A DNA stretch of 59,142 nucleotides from Octopus bimaculoides (lineage: Eukaryota). Position numbers and translations under genes: made by a program. The notes beneath the pieces were generated by a model. It was not told the DNA's origin and searched no databases. It saw only the letters and a program-made list of their open reading frames with translations. Location of the stretch: NCBI RefSeq assembly GCF_001194135.2, contig NC_068983.1, forward strand, positions 79,322,678 to 79,381,819, in the 5' to 3' direction. Positions 37,090 to 49,349 of this stretch are shown here, piece after piece (the stretch's first letter is position 1; each line of letters opens with the position of its first letter).

Positions 37090-37580
37090 TAATAACAACA
37101 ATAATAATAATAATAATAATAATTGTTTCAATTTTTGGCACAAAGTCTGCAATTTTTAGAGGAAGGGTAAGTCTATTACATCACCCCTTGTGCTCAACAG
37201 GCCCTTATTTTATTGGCCCCAGAAGGATGAACAGCAAAGTTGACCTCATCAGAATTTGAACTTAAAGAGTCAGAGTTTGAACATAAAGAGTCAGATTATA
37301 TGCCACTAGGCACTTTGCCTGACACTCTAATGATTATGTCAGTTCAAATAATAATAATAATCCTTTCTAATGTAGATGTAAAGCCTGATATTTTGAGGGA
37401 AGGTGATAGTCAATTACATCAACATCAGTGCTCAGCTGGTGCTGTATTTTATCAACACTGAAATGATGAAAGACAAAGTCAACCATGGCAGGATTTGAAT
37501 TCAGAACATAAAACTGGAAGAAAGGCCACTAAGCATTTTATACAGTCTGCTAACGATACTGCTAGTTCAACACCTTAATA
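37090..37580 (-). mobile_element. Two head-to-tail family D SINEs separated by (AAT)n
   Basis: Each has gatgaa(a)agcaaagttgacc..gaatttgaac(t/c)cag; spacers are aataataat. Confidence 0.7.
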
Positions 37581-37776
37581 GTGTAGAATTAGATTACTGA
37601 ATTATCGTAAATCATACGCAATTATTGAAAGTATTAAATAGGTTTAGCATGAGCAAATTAACTAATATTTGAAATTTTTTCGTTTAGTTTCCCTACCAAC
37701 ACCAATATTTAAATAGGTAAACATTTTAAAGAAAGCTGAAGTCATTTGGGGTCAAATTTTTGTCTTGCTTCCACAG

Positions 37777-37848
37777 GATAGTAGACTTAATTTGTTGCCA
37801 ACCTTGAGGGATGTAGTGGACTACCTGTATTGGATGGAAGCTCTCCAG
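37777..37848 (+). CDS. Likely internal coding exon DSRLNLLPTLRDVVDYLYWMEALQ of an unidentified host gene
   Basis: Strong acceptor aaatttttgtcttgcttccacag and donor CAG|gtaggt; 72 nt, phase 0-0; only this frame is open; GC above background; no repeat similarity seen. Confidence 0.5.
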
Positions 37849-38018
37849 GTAGGTTTTTGGCCTAAGGAGAATTACTTCCTTTTCATCTACAACTTTTACA
37901 GGCCATGGAAATGGCTATTAATTTTGTCCTTCTTTACTTCACCAAGACACATATAAGCTTTCGGTGTGAATGGTTTTGTTATATGGCACCGGGTTTTACA
38001 ATCCTGTAAATAATAATA

Positions 38019-38245
38019 ATGGTATTTATATAAGCCTAAAGCTTATAGCGATCACTGTGCAATGATTAAGAAAAATAGTCTAATAATTGGGCATATCAGC
38101 CCTCGACAGAAAAAAGTAGGCTTTCCTATCTGCATAGGATAGGAAAGCCTACCTTTTTCTGTTGAGGGCTTATATACCCCATTATTAGACCATTTTTCTT
38201 AGTCATTGCATGGTGATCACTATAAGCTTTAGGCTTATATAAATA

Positions 38246-38249
<4 letters not shown>
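38019..38249. mobile_element. Fold-back (palindromic) MITE-like element
   Basis: ~112-bp inverted arms, about 90% complementary, 7-nt loop (38131-38137). Terminal 30 bp are perfect (atggtatttatataagcctaaagcttatag). Confidence 0.85.
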
Positions 38250-38282
<33 letters not shown>

Positions 38283-38379
38283 TACTAGTATTTAGCAGTA
38301 ATGTTTATTTAGCTAGTTGTTAACTTTCTGTATGCAATTCAGATCCTCATTTTTGTTGCTGCCATGTGTGTCTGTGTGG

Positions 38380-38960
38380 ATATGCATGTCTGTGTCTGTG
38401 TTTATATTTGTTTGGTGTCCTGTAACTTAACAGTTTAACAAAGTGAAATTGATAAAATAAATACTAGCCTTCAAAAAAAAAAAAAAACAAGTGTTGATAT
38501 CATTGAATAAACCCTTCAAGACAGTTTCCTAACATGATTACAATTACGATTCTAATCCTTCAGATTCTATAACCATGCTGGGAAATCTTTTATATCCTGC
38601 TTGCTTCAGTGATTAGATTGTGGTCATGCTGGGCCACAGCCTTGAAGAAATTCAGTTAAACAAATCAACCTCAGCACTTTCTTCTCTTTTTTTAAACATG
38701 TTACTTATTCTATTGCTGAACCACTAAGTTAAGGGGACATAAACATATCAACACAAGTTGTAAAGTGGTGGTGGAAGACAGACACAAAGACACACATACA
38801 CCAAGTTTCTTTCAGTTTCTGTCTACCAAATCCACTCACAAAGCTTTGGCTAGTGTGAGGCTATAATAGATGATACTTACCCAAGATGCCATGTAGTGGG
38901 ACTGAACCTGGAACAGTGTGATTGGGAAGCAAACTTCTTACCTGTCACAACTGCACCTGT
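38380..38960. mobile_element. Module E (+) abutting module E + family A (-)
   Basis: 38380-38530 matches E forward; 38600-38960 matches the reverse complement of the A-E composite. Confidence 0.65.
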
Positions 38961-39163
38961 TTTTAAAGTTTGCAATAGTTAATCATAAATATTTTCTGTT
39001 TCTAACTTCTGGTTTAATTTAATCTGCAATTGGTTTCCCTAAAGTATACTTCTTTATATACTTGGTGAGGATGGTACTTATACTGTCGGTTCTTCCAGTA
39101 TTTAATGGAATTTGTGACTAACATTTATTGTTTTCATAAAGGCATAAATATAAATGTCTTTAA

Positions 39164-39383
39164 CCCTTTTGTTACTATATTTATTTTGAAGTACACTGCC
39201 TTTGTTTCAATTAATTTTGAAAACAATTAAGAATTTACTGAGATAACTACATTATTATTAAACTATTGTTTGGAATATAAATTAACATAAAAATTTAATG
39301 GAATATTTTAATTTATATCACTTTAATACAAGAAACTTGTATCCTAGATCCAGGGCAGCTTCAGACTAGTTTTATTAAAAAGG
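39164..39383. mobile_element. piggyBac-type (TTAA) MITE
   Basis: TTAA|cccttttgttac ... ttttattaaaaagg|TTAA; same family as 18176-18394. A third decayed copy is at ~42718-42935. Confidence 0.75.
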
Positions 39384-39390
39384 TTAAATT

Positions 39391-39790
39391 GGTGCAGGCG
39401 TGGCTGTGTGGTAAGAAGCTTGCTTCACAACCATATGGTTCCAGGTTTAGTCTCAATGTATGGCACTTTAGGCAAGTGATTTTTACTATTGTTTCAGGCT
39501 GACCAAAGCCTTGTGAGTGGATTTGGTAGACAGAAACTGAAAGAACTCATCATATATATGTGTGTGTGTGTGTGTGGCTTTGCGTCGGTGTTTATCACCC
39601 ACTACTGCTTCAGAACCAGCACTGGTGTGTTTACGTCCCCCATAACTTATCGGTTCGGCAAAAGAGACTGATAGAATAAGTACCAGGCATGATAAGAATA
39701 TAGTTACTGAGATTGATTCATTCAACTGAAAATTCTTCAGTACAGTGCCCCAGTATGGCCACAGTCTAATGACTGAAACAAGTAAAAGGT
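39391..39790 (+). mobile_element. Well-preserved composite SINE family A + module E
   Basis: ggtgcaggcgtggctgtgtggtaagaagcttgc...gaaactgaaagaac, (TA)(TG)n, then E ending atgactgaaacaagtaaaag. Confidence 0.85.
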
Positions 39791-40369
39791 ATATACCACA
39801 GATACAACATTTGATGTAAATTCTATATTTGGTTGTTCTCTTACAGTTTTGAAATGATGAACTATGAACATCCATTATAAAATATACAGCATGTGTGTGC
39901 AATCATGTAGCAAAGTATGGATGTGCAATCATGGAGCTAAGTATGATTTCACAAATGATGTTATGTAATCATTTAATTTTTACTTAAATATACTTCTGAG
40001 AAATTTTAAATCGTTTTTTTTTTTTTTTATTATTAAGAAGAGTGCCAAATATTAATTGCCATTTCTATAACCAGTTTGACGACAAACAAATATAAAAGGA
40101 ACCCTTTAAATTTCAGTATGCCATAAATAGTTCATATTCCAGAAATTAGAAGCCAATATAAACAGAGTTGTTCCTGAAGCAAGATATACTCAACATGTCG
40201 TCTGATAACAGATGTGAATTTACATCATTGCTACAAGTAAAGTAATTCTTAGAGTTGCCAAAATATGGGCACAATATATAGACTTGGCTTCATGTATTAA
40301 ACAAGCCTTGTGTCACATGCTTGATGTCAAAATGTTCATAAACTACTGTCACCTCTCTCTCTCTCTTTC

Positions 40370-40407
<38 letters not shown>

Positions 40408-40612
40408 CTTCTTTCTCTCCCCATTCTTCTTCAGGTTTCTGCATTACATACTGCTTATTTGCTCAGCCATACACCTTGTTCTACTTCTGAACACATTTAT
40501 GTTGTTATTTCTTCTTGCTTTTGTTTATTTAATCAATTTAAGTGGCTTTGTGAAGCTGGTAAGCCATGACAGACTGACAAAGGTGTATAATACTCCCTAT
40601 ACAAAGAATAAA

Positions 40613-40648
<36 letters not shown>

Positions 40649-41555
40649 AAAGAAGAAAAAGAAAAGAGAAAGAAATACAGATAATAACAGTTAAATGTTT
40701 TTGTTGTTAAATCATTTTATGTAGCCTCTATTAATGGTTAGTGGATCTATGAAAATAAACTGTAGTGCCAAAGCTTGGTAGCCTTTTTAAGGTAATTTTA
40801 AAAAGAACCTCTCTCTCAGACTAGTAATTTTTGCATTAGAACCAGAAATGACAAGGTTTCTGGAAACCATCATGTTTAACTCTTTAGCATTTAAACCAGC
40901 CACATCCAGCCCCGGTATACTATTTGCTTTATGTTCAAACTGGCCTAAATATATACTGTTTTAGAATTAGGTTGGATGTTTTTCCATATATGGGAGAACT
41001 AGTAAATGTATAAAAGTCATCAAATGGCAAACAAAATAGCAAAGAAACAAAAGGTTCCATATCATTTCTGTTATTTTTATTCAAATGACTATTTGATGAA
41101 GATACTCAATCGCTTCAGGATAGCAAATTGGCTGAGTATTTAGAGTATCAGAATACTTTGAAGTGTATGTTGCTGCATTCTGACTTCAAATCTTACCAAG
41201 GTCAGCTTTGTTTTTTCATCTCTTCAAGATCAATAAAAATAATTCCAGACTCAGTGGATTTGCAGAACTGTGAAAGGGTTGCATAAAACACTTAGTCATA
41301 TTTTGCTCCAACTCTTCATGTTCTGGCGGCAATGTCTGTGATGAGACTGAGATCAAGCTGCACTGAGCCAATCAATGGCCTTTCCCTTGGATAAATATTG
41401 ATATTGTGGAGAAGGAAAACTTACATGCAAGAGCCAGCATTCTTCCAAAAAATCTTGCCCAACCCTATGCAGATCCATGGGCAAAAATCACAGGAGCCTT
41501 TTTCTCATTCGTACCACTTTTTTTATTTAACTTAATGAAAATATATATGCTCTTG

Positions 41556-41998
41556 TAGAAATATTCTGAAGAATGAATATAAATTAAGTTTAACATTCAG
41601 TATTTGGATGATAAAGTTTGATAATTGATAAAAAGTTAGATATTAATTTCAATAGAACTCATAAAGATTTTCTTAAAGCTATGATTGCTGTTACCTCAGT
41701 TGTTAACATTTAAATATGAAACTTAATAGCCAAAATTAAGACCTGGAATTGCTGTAGAGGTATGTAAATAAATTAATAAAGACATGTATATTCTAGTAGA
41801 AATATTCTGAAGAATAAATAGAAATTAAGCTTAATATACAGTATCTGGATGATAAAGTTTGATAATTGATAAAAAGTTAAGTATTAATTTCAATATAACT
41901 CATAGATTTTCTTAAAGCTATCATTACTATTATCTCTGTTAACATTTAAATATGAGATTTAATAGCTAAAATTAAGACTTGAAATTGCTGTAGAGGTA
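41556..41998 (+). repeat. Tandem duplication of a ~205-bp non-TE segment (41556-41762 / 41797-41998)
   Basis: Roughly 85% identical by eye; both copies start tagaaatattctgaagaat and end attgctgtagaggta. Confidence 0.9.
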
Positions 41999-42436
41999 GC
42001 CAAAAGACCCATTGAAGAAAATTAAACTTTTCTTTTATAATTTTCTACCTAACCTATGAAGTGTATAAAAGAAAAATTAGCTGTTATGATAGTAAAATAC
42101 TTGTTCTCATGATAGAATTAACATTATTGTTAATTAATTTTATGAACATGAGGATATAAATTCTGGGGGGATAAATTGTTAGTTAGACCAGTTTCCAATA
42201 CTTGACTGGAACTTTGTTTTATAGATCCCAGAATGATGAAAAGCAAAGTTGTCCTCAAAATGGATTTGAACTGAGAATGTGAAAAGACGGATCTAAATAC
42301 TGCATAGAATTTTGCCTGCTGCTGTTCCAGTTCAACCCATTTACTACCTTCATAACAGAATTAGTATTAGCATAGCCTCAACAGTTACAGGATAACCTGT
42401 TGAGGCTCCCTCCTTAGTTTGTTTATATGCCTGCAG

Positions 42437-42460
42437 AATCTGTTAGTGGTTCCAGCAAAA
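42437..42460 (+). CDS. Candidate 24-nt microexon (NLLVVPAK or ESVSGSSK)
   Basis: tttgtttatatgcctgcag | 24 nt | gtgagc; frame-preserving length. Confidence 0.2.
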
Positions 42461-45400
42461 GTGAGCAAGGTTGACACAGTGAATGCATAGCAATTGCTTA
42501 TCTGTGCTTATCATTAGTGGTGCATACCACAACATAGTGCCTGGTGGGGATATATTAATGAAGCTACTGTTTATATTTTGAAATCATTGGTGTTACCTTT
42601 GTGTTCTTGATTATGAATATGACAAATCTTTAGGATCATAAATTGTTCTGTTGAATATTAGTCTATCATTTGAAATTGCAATGTTAATTGATACCATACA
42701 ATAGTTGAGTTATTTTAAACCTTTTGATACCAACCTGCCTAAGCCCACCTCTTATTCTATGGTACAAACTTTTTGCTTTAAATAGATTTAACTTAAAACC
42801 GTCCCTTGAAATTTCATGTTAATTTATGTTTCAAACACTGGCTTAATAATGACAGTTATTTTACTAAATTTATTATTGTCAAAATTAACTGATATGAAGG
42901 CAGTATGTTTCAACAGAAATATGAGAAAAAGGGGAGAAAAATTACAAATGTATATATTTGAATCTTAAAAGAAATATTCACAAGCATTTAACCACAACAA
43001 TACATTGTGGATCGAAACCTCGGCAGTGATGGAAATAAGTTTTAAGAACAAGGAGTATGCTACGACTGTTGAGAAGGATACACTAGCAATTTAGTGGGCA
43101 CAATATTGTGTCTTTTCATCTGTAGTGTTTCTGTAACCAGTCTAATGAAAATTTGTTATATCTGTTTCTAATTTTGGCATAAAGCTGACAATTTTGAGAG
43201 GATAGAGTTTGTTAATTACATTGAGCAGTACTCAACTGGTACTTTCATTTTTCAACCTAAAAAGGTGGAAAGGTAAAGTTAACCGCAACAAGATTCAAGC
43301 TCAGAATGTAAAGAGTTGTAAGATATATTGCATAGAATTTTGCCCAATTCTCTGATAAGTCTGCCACCTTTCTGCCATATCTGTTTAGTAATATTGTAAC
43401 TAAAAAAAAAATTATATCACAAAGTTTAATATGATTTAAAGATATAGATATACTCTTGATGTTGTATTCATCATAGATACTTAAAACTTTACTCAAAATT
43501 CTAATTAAGAAAAGGTTGGTTTATAAGGATTTGAAGCTTTTTATCTAATGAACCTTAAATTTCTTTAATTAATCATATCCCTGTCACTACAATTTAGGAT
43601 TTTTCTTTTTCCATTTATAAACACATTCTATACACATAACTTCAATTTGGTTTTATTCATTTATGCATTGAATTAAATTAATATCTTGGTTATGCTGATA
43701 AATAAAAGCTTATATTTAATTAAAATTCAACTATTTTCATTCATCTTGTTCTTGATACTTAATAATGTTAGTAATTCCTTAAGTTGATAACATTTCAGGC
43801 TTCAACAAAAATTACTGACAGTCTATGTTTCATTCTTGTTTGTGCAGAAGCTACATAAGAGTGCAATGCTGAGTTTATGAATAAGACATAAAAATGTTGG
43901 CTTGTCTCTGACAATAATTCAATTATAAATAACTTATCAATGCTTATAACTTTTCTTGACTAGAAACAAACTAACAGCAACATGCTGTAAAAGAAAAATT
44001 ATGTATTAACAAAGATATCTATTGTCTAATATCTTTCCAGTATGACAACAAAAGCTTGTTCCTCATTAAATTTGAAATGTGTTTCAAATAACCACTAAAC
44101 TTCAATTTGTTAGTCATGCACAAACTACATACATCATTTGCACTCTATCACAGAAGAGAACTTTTCCAAAGGTATACACATGCTCTTCATTTCTTTGACT
44201 GGAATAGAGCCAAATGTGATCTGCTGGCTCTATTTAACATGTTCTAGCATAAAATAATGAACATTGTTTTAACATTTTTATGGTTACAATGTTGTCAGTT
44301 GAGTTGATGACATACTGAACAGCTTTCTTGTTTAGCTTATTAGATCACATTCTTTTATTATAACATGGTTATTGCTATATACCTGGAAAGTAGTTTGTTT
44401 GCATTACTTCATAAATATTTATTACTGTAAGGAAAGGAGCAGCATTCAGTTTTCAACTTCTGTAGTCTGTGATCAATACAATAATGTTGTCTGGCCTAGA
44501 GGCAAATGTAGTTTTTGCTGACTAAGTTAATGTCTTGGAAAAAATATTGAACTTCAATTTGCCGTTTACCAGACATTTGGTAGTTTTAATAGGTTAATCA
44601 TGTCGTACATTTCTTTGTTGATTAAATACACATTTAGAAAGCTATTACTTGTTAAATTGTATTCGTTGCTGCAGTCTTAGTGTTTCTACTAAATCTATCA
44701 TGTCAGTACTATTTAATTTAAAAATCTAATATTGTTATTTAAGTACTGTTAATTTATAAATACTTTGAAAAGGCCAACTGCTATTTTCTTTTTTTATAAA
44801 TGAAAGTCTAAAGAGAAAAGTCAATATCCTTAGAGCTTTTAGTTTTATCTTTCATGAGATGGGGGGAGATACTTAGAGAAAGCTAGTGCAGTTTAATTTC
44901 AATTTTTGAATCTTAGGAGGTGGAGGGAACTCATTAGCTATGATGAAGTTTTTGAAAACAGAAAAAAATGAGAAAAATCATTGGGTAAAGGGGTTTTGTT
45001 GTTTGGTCCTAGCTCAGCTATGATTGAGCAAATTTCTGACATTTCAACTTCAACAATCCAATCTCTTTTCTTTTAATTACCCAGGATTACAGTGTGCAAG
45101 TTGTTCGTTATTTTCTTTTTTTAAATAAGGTGTGATTTAAGGAATAATTTGCTGCTAATTTTATCAAATTAAATGACCATGTAGAAGCTCACTCATTGGC
45201 TCAGTAAAAGTTTTCGATCAGCCTTGTTGACTTGTGGAACTAGCTCATTGGCTTGTATAACTACCTCACTAGCTTGTTGGATAAAAGGTTTTGTAATAAG
45301 ATGGTATCAAATAATGATAGGCTAGTGAATTTGCTTTAGATGAGATTAGCTTAATTAAAAATTTCTTAGAAGATGATATGACTGCATTTTCCTTCCAAAC

Positions 45401-45615
45401 TTAATTTCAGGTGAAGGTTACTAGTAAATGATGTTGTCAGGTTTTTTTTTTTTCATTCAAGACATAATTTGTTGAATGTTTCTTGATGACAAAGTGATAA
45501 CTTTGTTGTTAGTGAAATTTTATTGTGAGTGCAATAAGTTTAGGTATAAGATAATAGGAATCTAGTTTTACAGATGTTTAGTTTGTTCATCGCAATTTTT
45601 ACTGAGGTTCTTAAG

Positions 45616-46442
45616 GATTTATTTAGAATCTGTTGAATTGAATTTTCTGATTTTGAAGATTGTATTTTGAAGATACGAAGATTATTTTACTGAATATAAT
45701 TTATTCTCGACTTATCTAGCACCTTGCTGTACTCAAGAAGACCTGTCCTGCGCAGCAGATGTGTTAAGGCCACTAACCTAGATGAAGAGGATTGGCCAAA
45801 AGGAGTCCTGTATCAGTGCCATGTAAAAAACACTCATGATGGTACCATGAAAAAGAGCTTGTGTCGATGCCACACTAAAAGCACTCAGAACACAATGTAA
45901 AGTGGTTGGCAANNNNNNNNNNNNNNNNNNNNNNNNNNNNNNNNNNNNNNNNNNNNNNNNNNNNNNNNNNNNNNNNNNNNNNNNNNNNNNNNNNNNNNNN
46001 NNNNNNNNNNNNNNNNNNNNNNNNNNNNNNNNNNNNNNNNNNNNNNNNNNNNNNNNNNNNNNNNNNNNNNNNNNNNNNNNNNNNNNNNNNNNNNNNNNNN
46101 NNNNNNNNNNNNNNNNNNNNNNNNNNNNNNNNNNNNNNNNNNNNNGATTTATTTAGAATCTGTTGAATTGAATTTTCTGATTTTGAAGATTGTATTTTGA
46201 AGATACGAAGATTATTTTACTGAATATAATTTATTCTCGACTTATCTAGCACCTTGCTGTACTCAAGAAGACCTGTCCTGCGCAGCAGATGTGTTAAGGC
46301 CACTAACCTAGATGAAGAGGATTGGCCAAAAGGAGTCCTGTATCAGTGCCATGTAAAAAACACTCATGATGGTACCATGAAAAAGAGCTTGTGTCGATGC
46401 CACACTAAAAGCACTCAGAACACAATGTAAAGTGGTTGGCAA
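45616..46442. other. Exact 297-bp duplicate on both sides of an N gap (unmerged contig overlap)
   Basis: 45616-45912 equals 46146-46442 and the duplicate ends exactly at the gap edges. Confidence 0.85.
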
Positions 46443-46480
46443 TAGGAAGGGTATCCAGACATAGAAACCAAGCCAAATCA
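46196..46480 (+). repeat. Inverted copy of 48602-48886 (284/285 identical)
   Basis: Direct base comparison; the single mismatch is at 46442. The copy includes ~50 bp of non-TE flank. Confidence 0.9.
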
Positions 46481-46849
46481 TAATAATGATGGTTTCTGAT
46501 TTCGGTACAAAGGGGGTCTTTTAGTCAAGTGGTAGTGTTGTTAGAGCATCAGATTGAAAGCTTTACATGCAGTATTTGTTCTCACTTTCTGCACCCTGAC
46601 TACAGTTCCTGCTGAAGTCAGCTTTATCTTTCTTCCTTTCAGGGTTGGGTGGTGGGGGATCGACTCTTCTGTTATTTCTTTCTCTCTGAATTGGTTTTGT
46701 TGTGCTATGAAAAAAAAAGGTGCGTTATCCCTCAGCATTCCTTTCTTCAGAAATGAAGAATTAAAAGAGGGCTGGCAACCGCTTGTTATAGAAAAACTAA
46801 AATGCTACTGAAAATGATCACACAACATGCATTGGAACACAAAACAGTC

Positions 46850-47650
46850 ATAATAATGATGATGATAATGTTTGAAAATTTGGCACAAGGCCAGTAATTT
46901 TAATTGGGAGCATGGTACTTAATTCATTGACCCTGAAAGAGTGAAAGGCATCTTCCTTTCTGCTACAGAACAAGGCCCGAAATTTTGTAGGTGACGCTAG
47001 CTGATTATATCAACCCAGTGTACAGCTAGCACTCATTTCATTGACCATGATAGGATGAAAGGCAAAGCCAACCTCTGCAGAATTTGAACTCAGAACACAG
47101 AGATGAAATACCATGAAGCATTTGTGTGCTAATGGTTCTGCTAGCTTGCTGCCTTAACAATAACAACAATAATAATTATTTCTACTCTAGGTACAAGATC
47201 TTGAAAATATTTGGGGAAGGGGACTAGTCGACTACATCGATCCCAGTGCTTGACTGGTTCTTATTTAATCGACCCTGAAAGGATGAAAGGCAAAATCGAC
47301 CCCGGTGGAATTCGAACTCGGAATTCAGAATGTAACGGCAGACAAAATACCGCTAAGCATTTTGCCCAGCATGCTAACGATTCTGCCAGTTCACCACCTT
47401 AACAACAACAGCAACAATAATAATAATAATGATGGTTTCTGATTTCGGTACAAAGCCAGCAACTTTGAGAGGGGATGAAGATATCAATACATCAGTACTA
47501 GATTGGTGCTTTGTATTTATCAATTCCAGAGAGATGAAAGGCAATTTGAATTATGAGTGTGAAGAGCCAGATCCAAAATTTGCAAAGCTTTTCTTCAGAC
47601 ACTCTATTTGGCTAGCTTGCTGCTTTTGTAGTAATAATAATAATAGTAAT
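46850..47650 (-). mobile_element. Array of three head-to-tail family D SINEs with (AAT)n/(AAC)n/(GAT)n spacers
   Basis: Best copy 47160-47425: minus-strand ggtgaactggcagaatcgttagc...gagttcgaattccacc. A decayed + copy lies at ~46520-46740. Confidence 0.8.
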
Positions 47651-48504
47651 GATGATAGCAATGATGATGATGATGAGAACAACAACCACAACAGCTTATT
47701 GTAAGTACTGATGTCTTAGAGCAGTGTTTCTCATAGAGTGGGTAGGATCCTGTGAAAAAAGGATAGAAAAATTAACAAAATTAAAAGGTTTTAAACTTGT
47801 ACAGCACCATGGTGATGAAAGAATTAGAGACACAGACAAAACTTTGTCTGTTTTAATAAAGTGGAGAGGGGATAAAGAATTTTATTAATATTTATTTGTG
47901 GCAGGGGTTGGTATTTGTCAATTTGGGAACTACTTGTTTAAAGAATATTCATGCATATTCTCTTTCATACTATACATGCAAAAATAGTGTTTCATAAACA
48001 AAAGAATAATAGAAAAATAGCTAGGGTGGTTTCAGCATTGTAAAAGTAATTTATTTGAACTTATAACTTCATCAACAAAGACAATGTTGATAGAAGTTTT
48101 GTTTCATTCGGCACTTCTAAGCCACTGCCTTAGATATATTGAGATTTCATGTGTATGCATTCATAATAATTTCCTATTTGTTTTATGTGTATTACTGCAT
48201 CGGCATACACACCTGTTTATGTAATAGACATTGATGCATCAACCAGTTGCTGAATTTTTGAAACTGCTGTAAAGAGATATCTAGAAATATGTTTGCTTCA
48301 TTAGTTATATTTATGGTTATGCTTATCTGACATTGCTTGTAAATGATTTAATGCCATATATGTATGTTTGGCTATCTTTTATCTTTTTATGTATGTAATA
48401 TGTATACATATGTGTGTGTATGTAATCTTTCCCTATAGGGTCAATGAAGTGTTAAAGCATTGGAATATTCATTGCTCTGTGTGAGAAATACCAAAGTTTG
48501 GTGT

Positions 48505-48835
48505 CATCATCATCATCCTTTAGCATCTGTTTTCTGTGCTGGCATAGGTCAGATGGCTTGATCAGAGCTGGCGAGTTTGAGAGCTGCACCAGATTCCTGT
48601 GTGATTTGGCTTGGTTTCTATGTCTGGATACCCTTCCTAATGCCAACCACTTTACATTGTGTTCTGAGTGCTTTTAGTGTGGCATCGACACAAGCTCTTT
48701 TTCATGGTACCATCATGAGTGTTTTTTACATGGCACTGATACAGGACTCCTTTTGGCCAATCCTCTTCATCTAGGTTAGTGGCCTTAACACATCTGCTGC
48801 GCAGGACAGGTCTTCTTGAGTACAGCAAGGTGCTA
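48505..48835 (-). mobile_element. Family C (RTE-tail) repeat
   Basis: catcatcatcatcctttagcatc..cccttcctaatgccaaccac..gtcttcttgagtacagc; colinear with 30806-31090. Confidence 0.75.
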
Positions 48836-49349
48836 GATAAGTCGAGAATAAATTATATTCAGTAAAATAATCTTCGTATCTTCAAATTTGTAGCTTATTT
48901 TGCTTCTTTTGTTCGCTTCTATTATATATAAAAACATTCTTTGCGTGTGAGTCATCTTTTGTTAGTGTATACACCAGGCAACCTTTACTAAATATTTCTC
49001 ATATCTTATAAGCAATATCAACACATAAGTGATAGTAATATTTAACAAAATAATCACATTTTTTTTAATAACATATGTCTATGTCCCTAAAACTGAATAA
49101 ATTCCTTGAACACATTTTCCCAAAGTCTCACAAGAACAATAATTAATTCAGAATAATACATGTAATGGAAGGAAGATGGAAATGGGCTACAAATAAAACT
49201 ATATGATAAACATCTAGTTATTTTATTTTGTGTTAGTTTTACTCAAACTAATGAAAAATATAGAGACTAGGCTGGCTGAGTAGAAATTTCTTTTACTATT
49301 TTCATATTTCTTAATTTATTTACTTTCCTCAATATATACATATAATAGA

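Noticed and set aside
45616-46442. 297-bp tandem duplication as real biology
   Set aside because: Exactly identical and ends precisely at both edges of an N gap: typical unmerged contig overlap.
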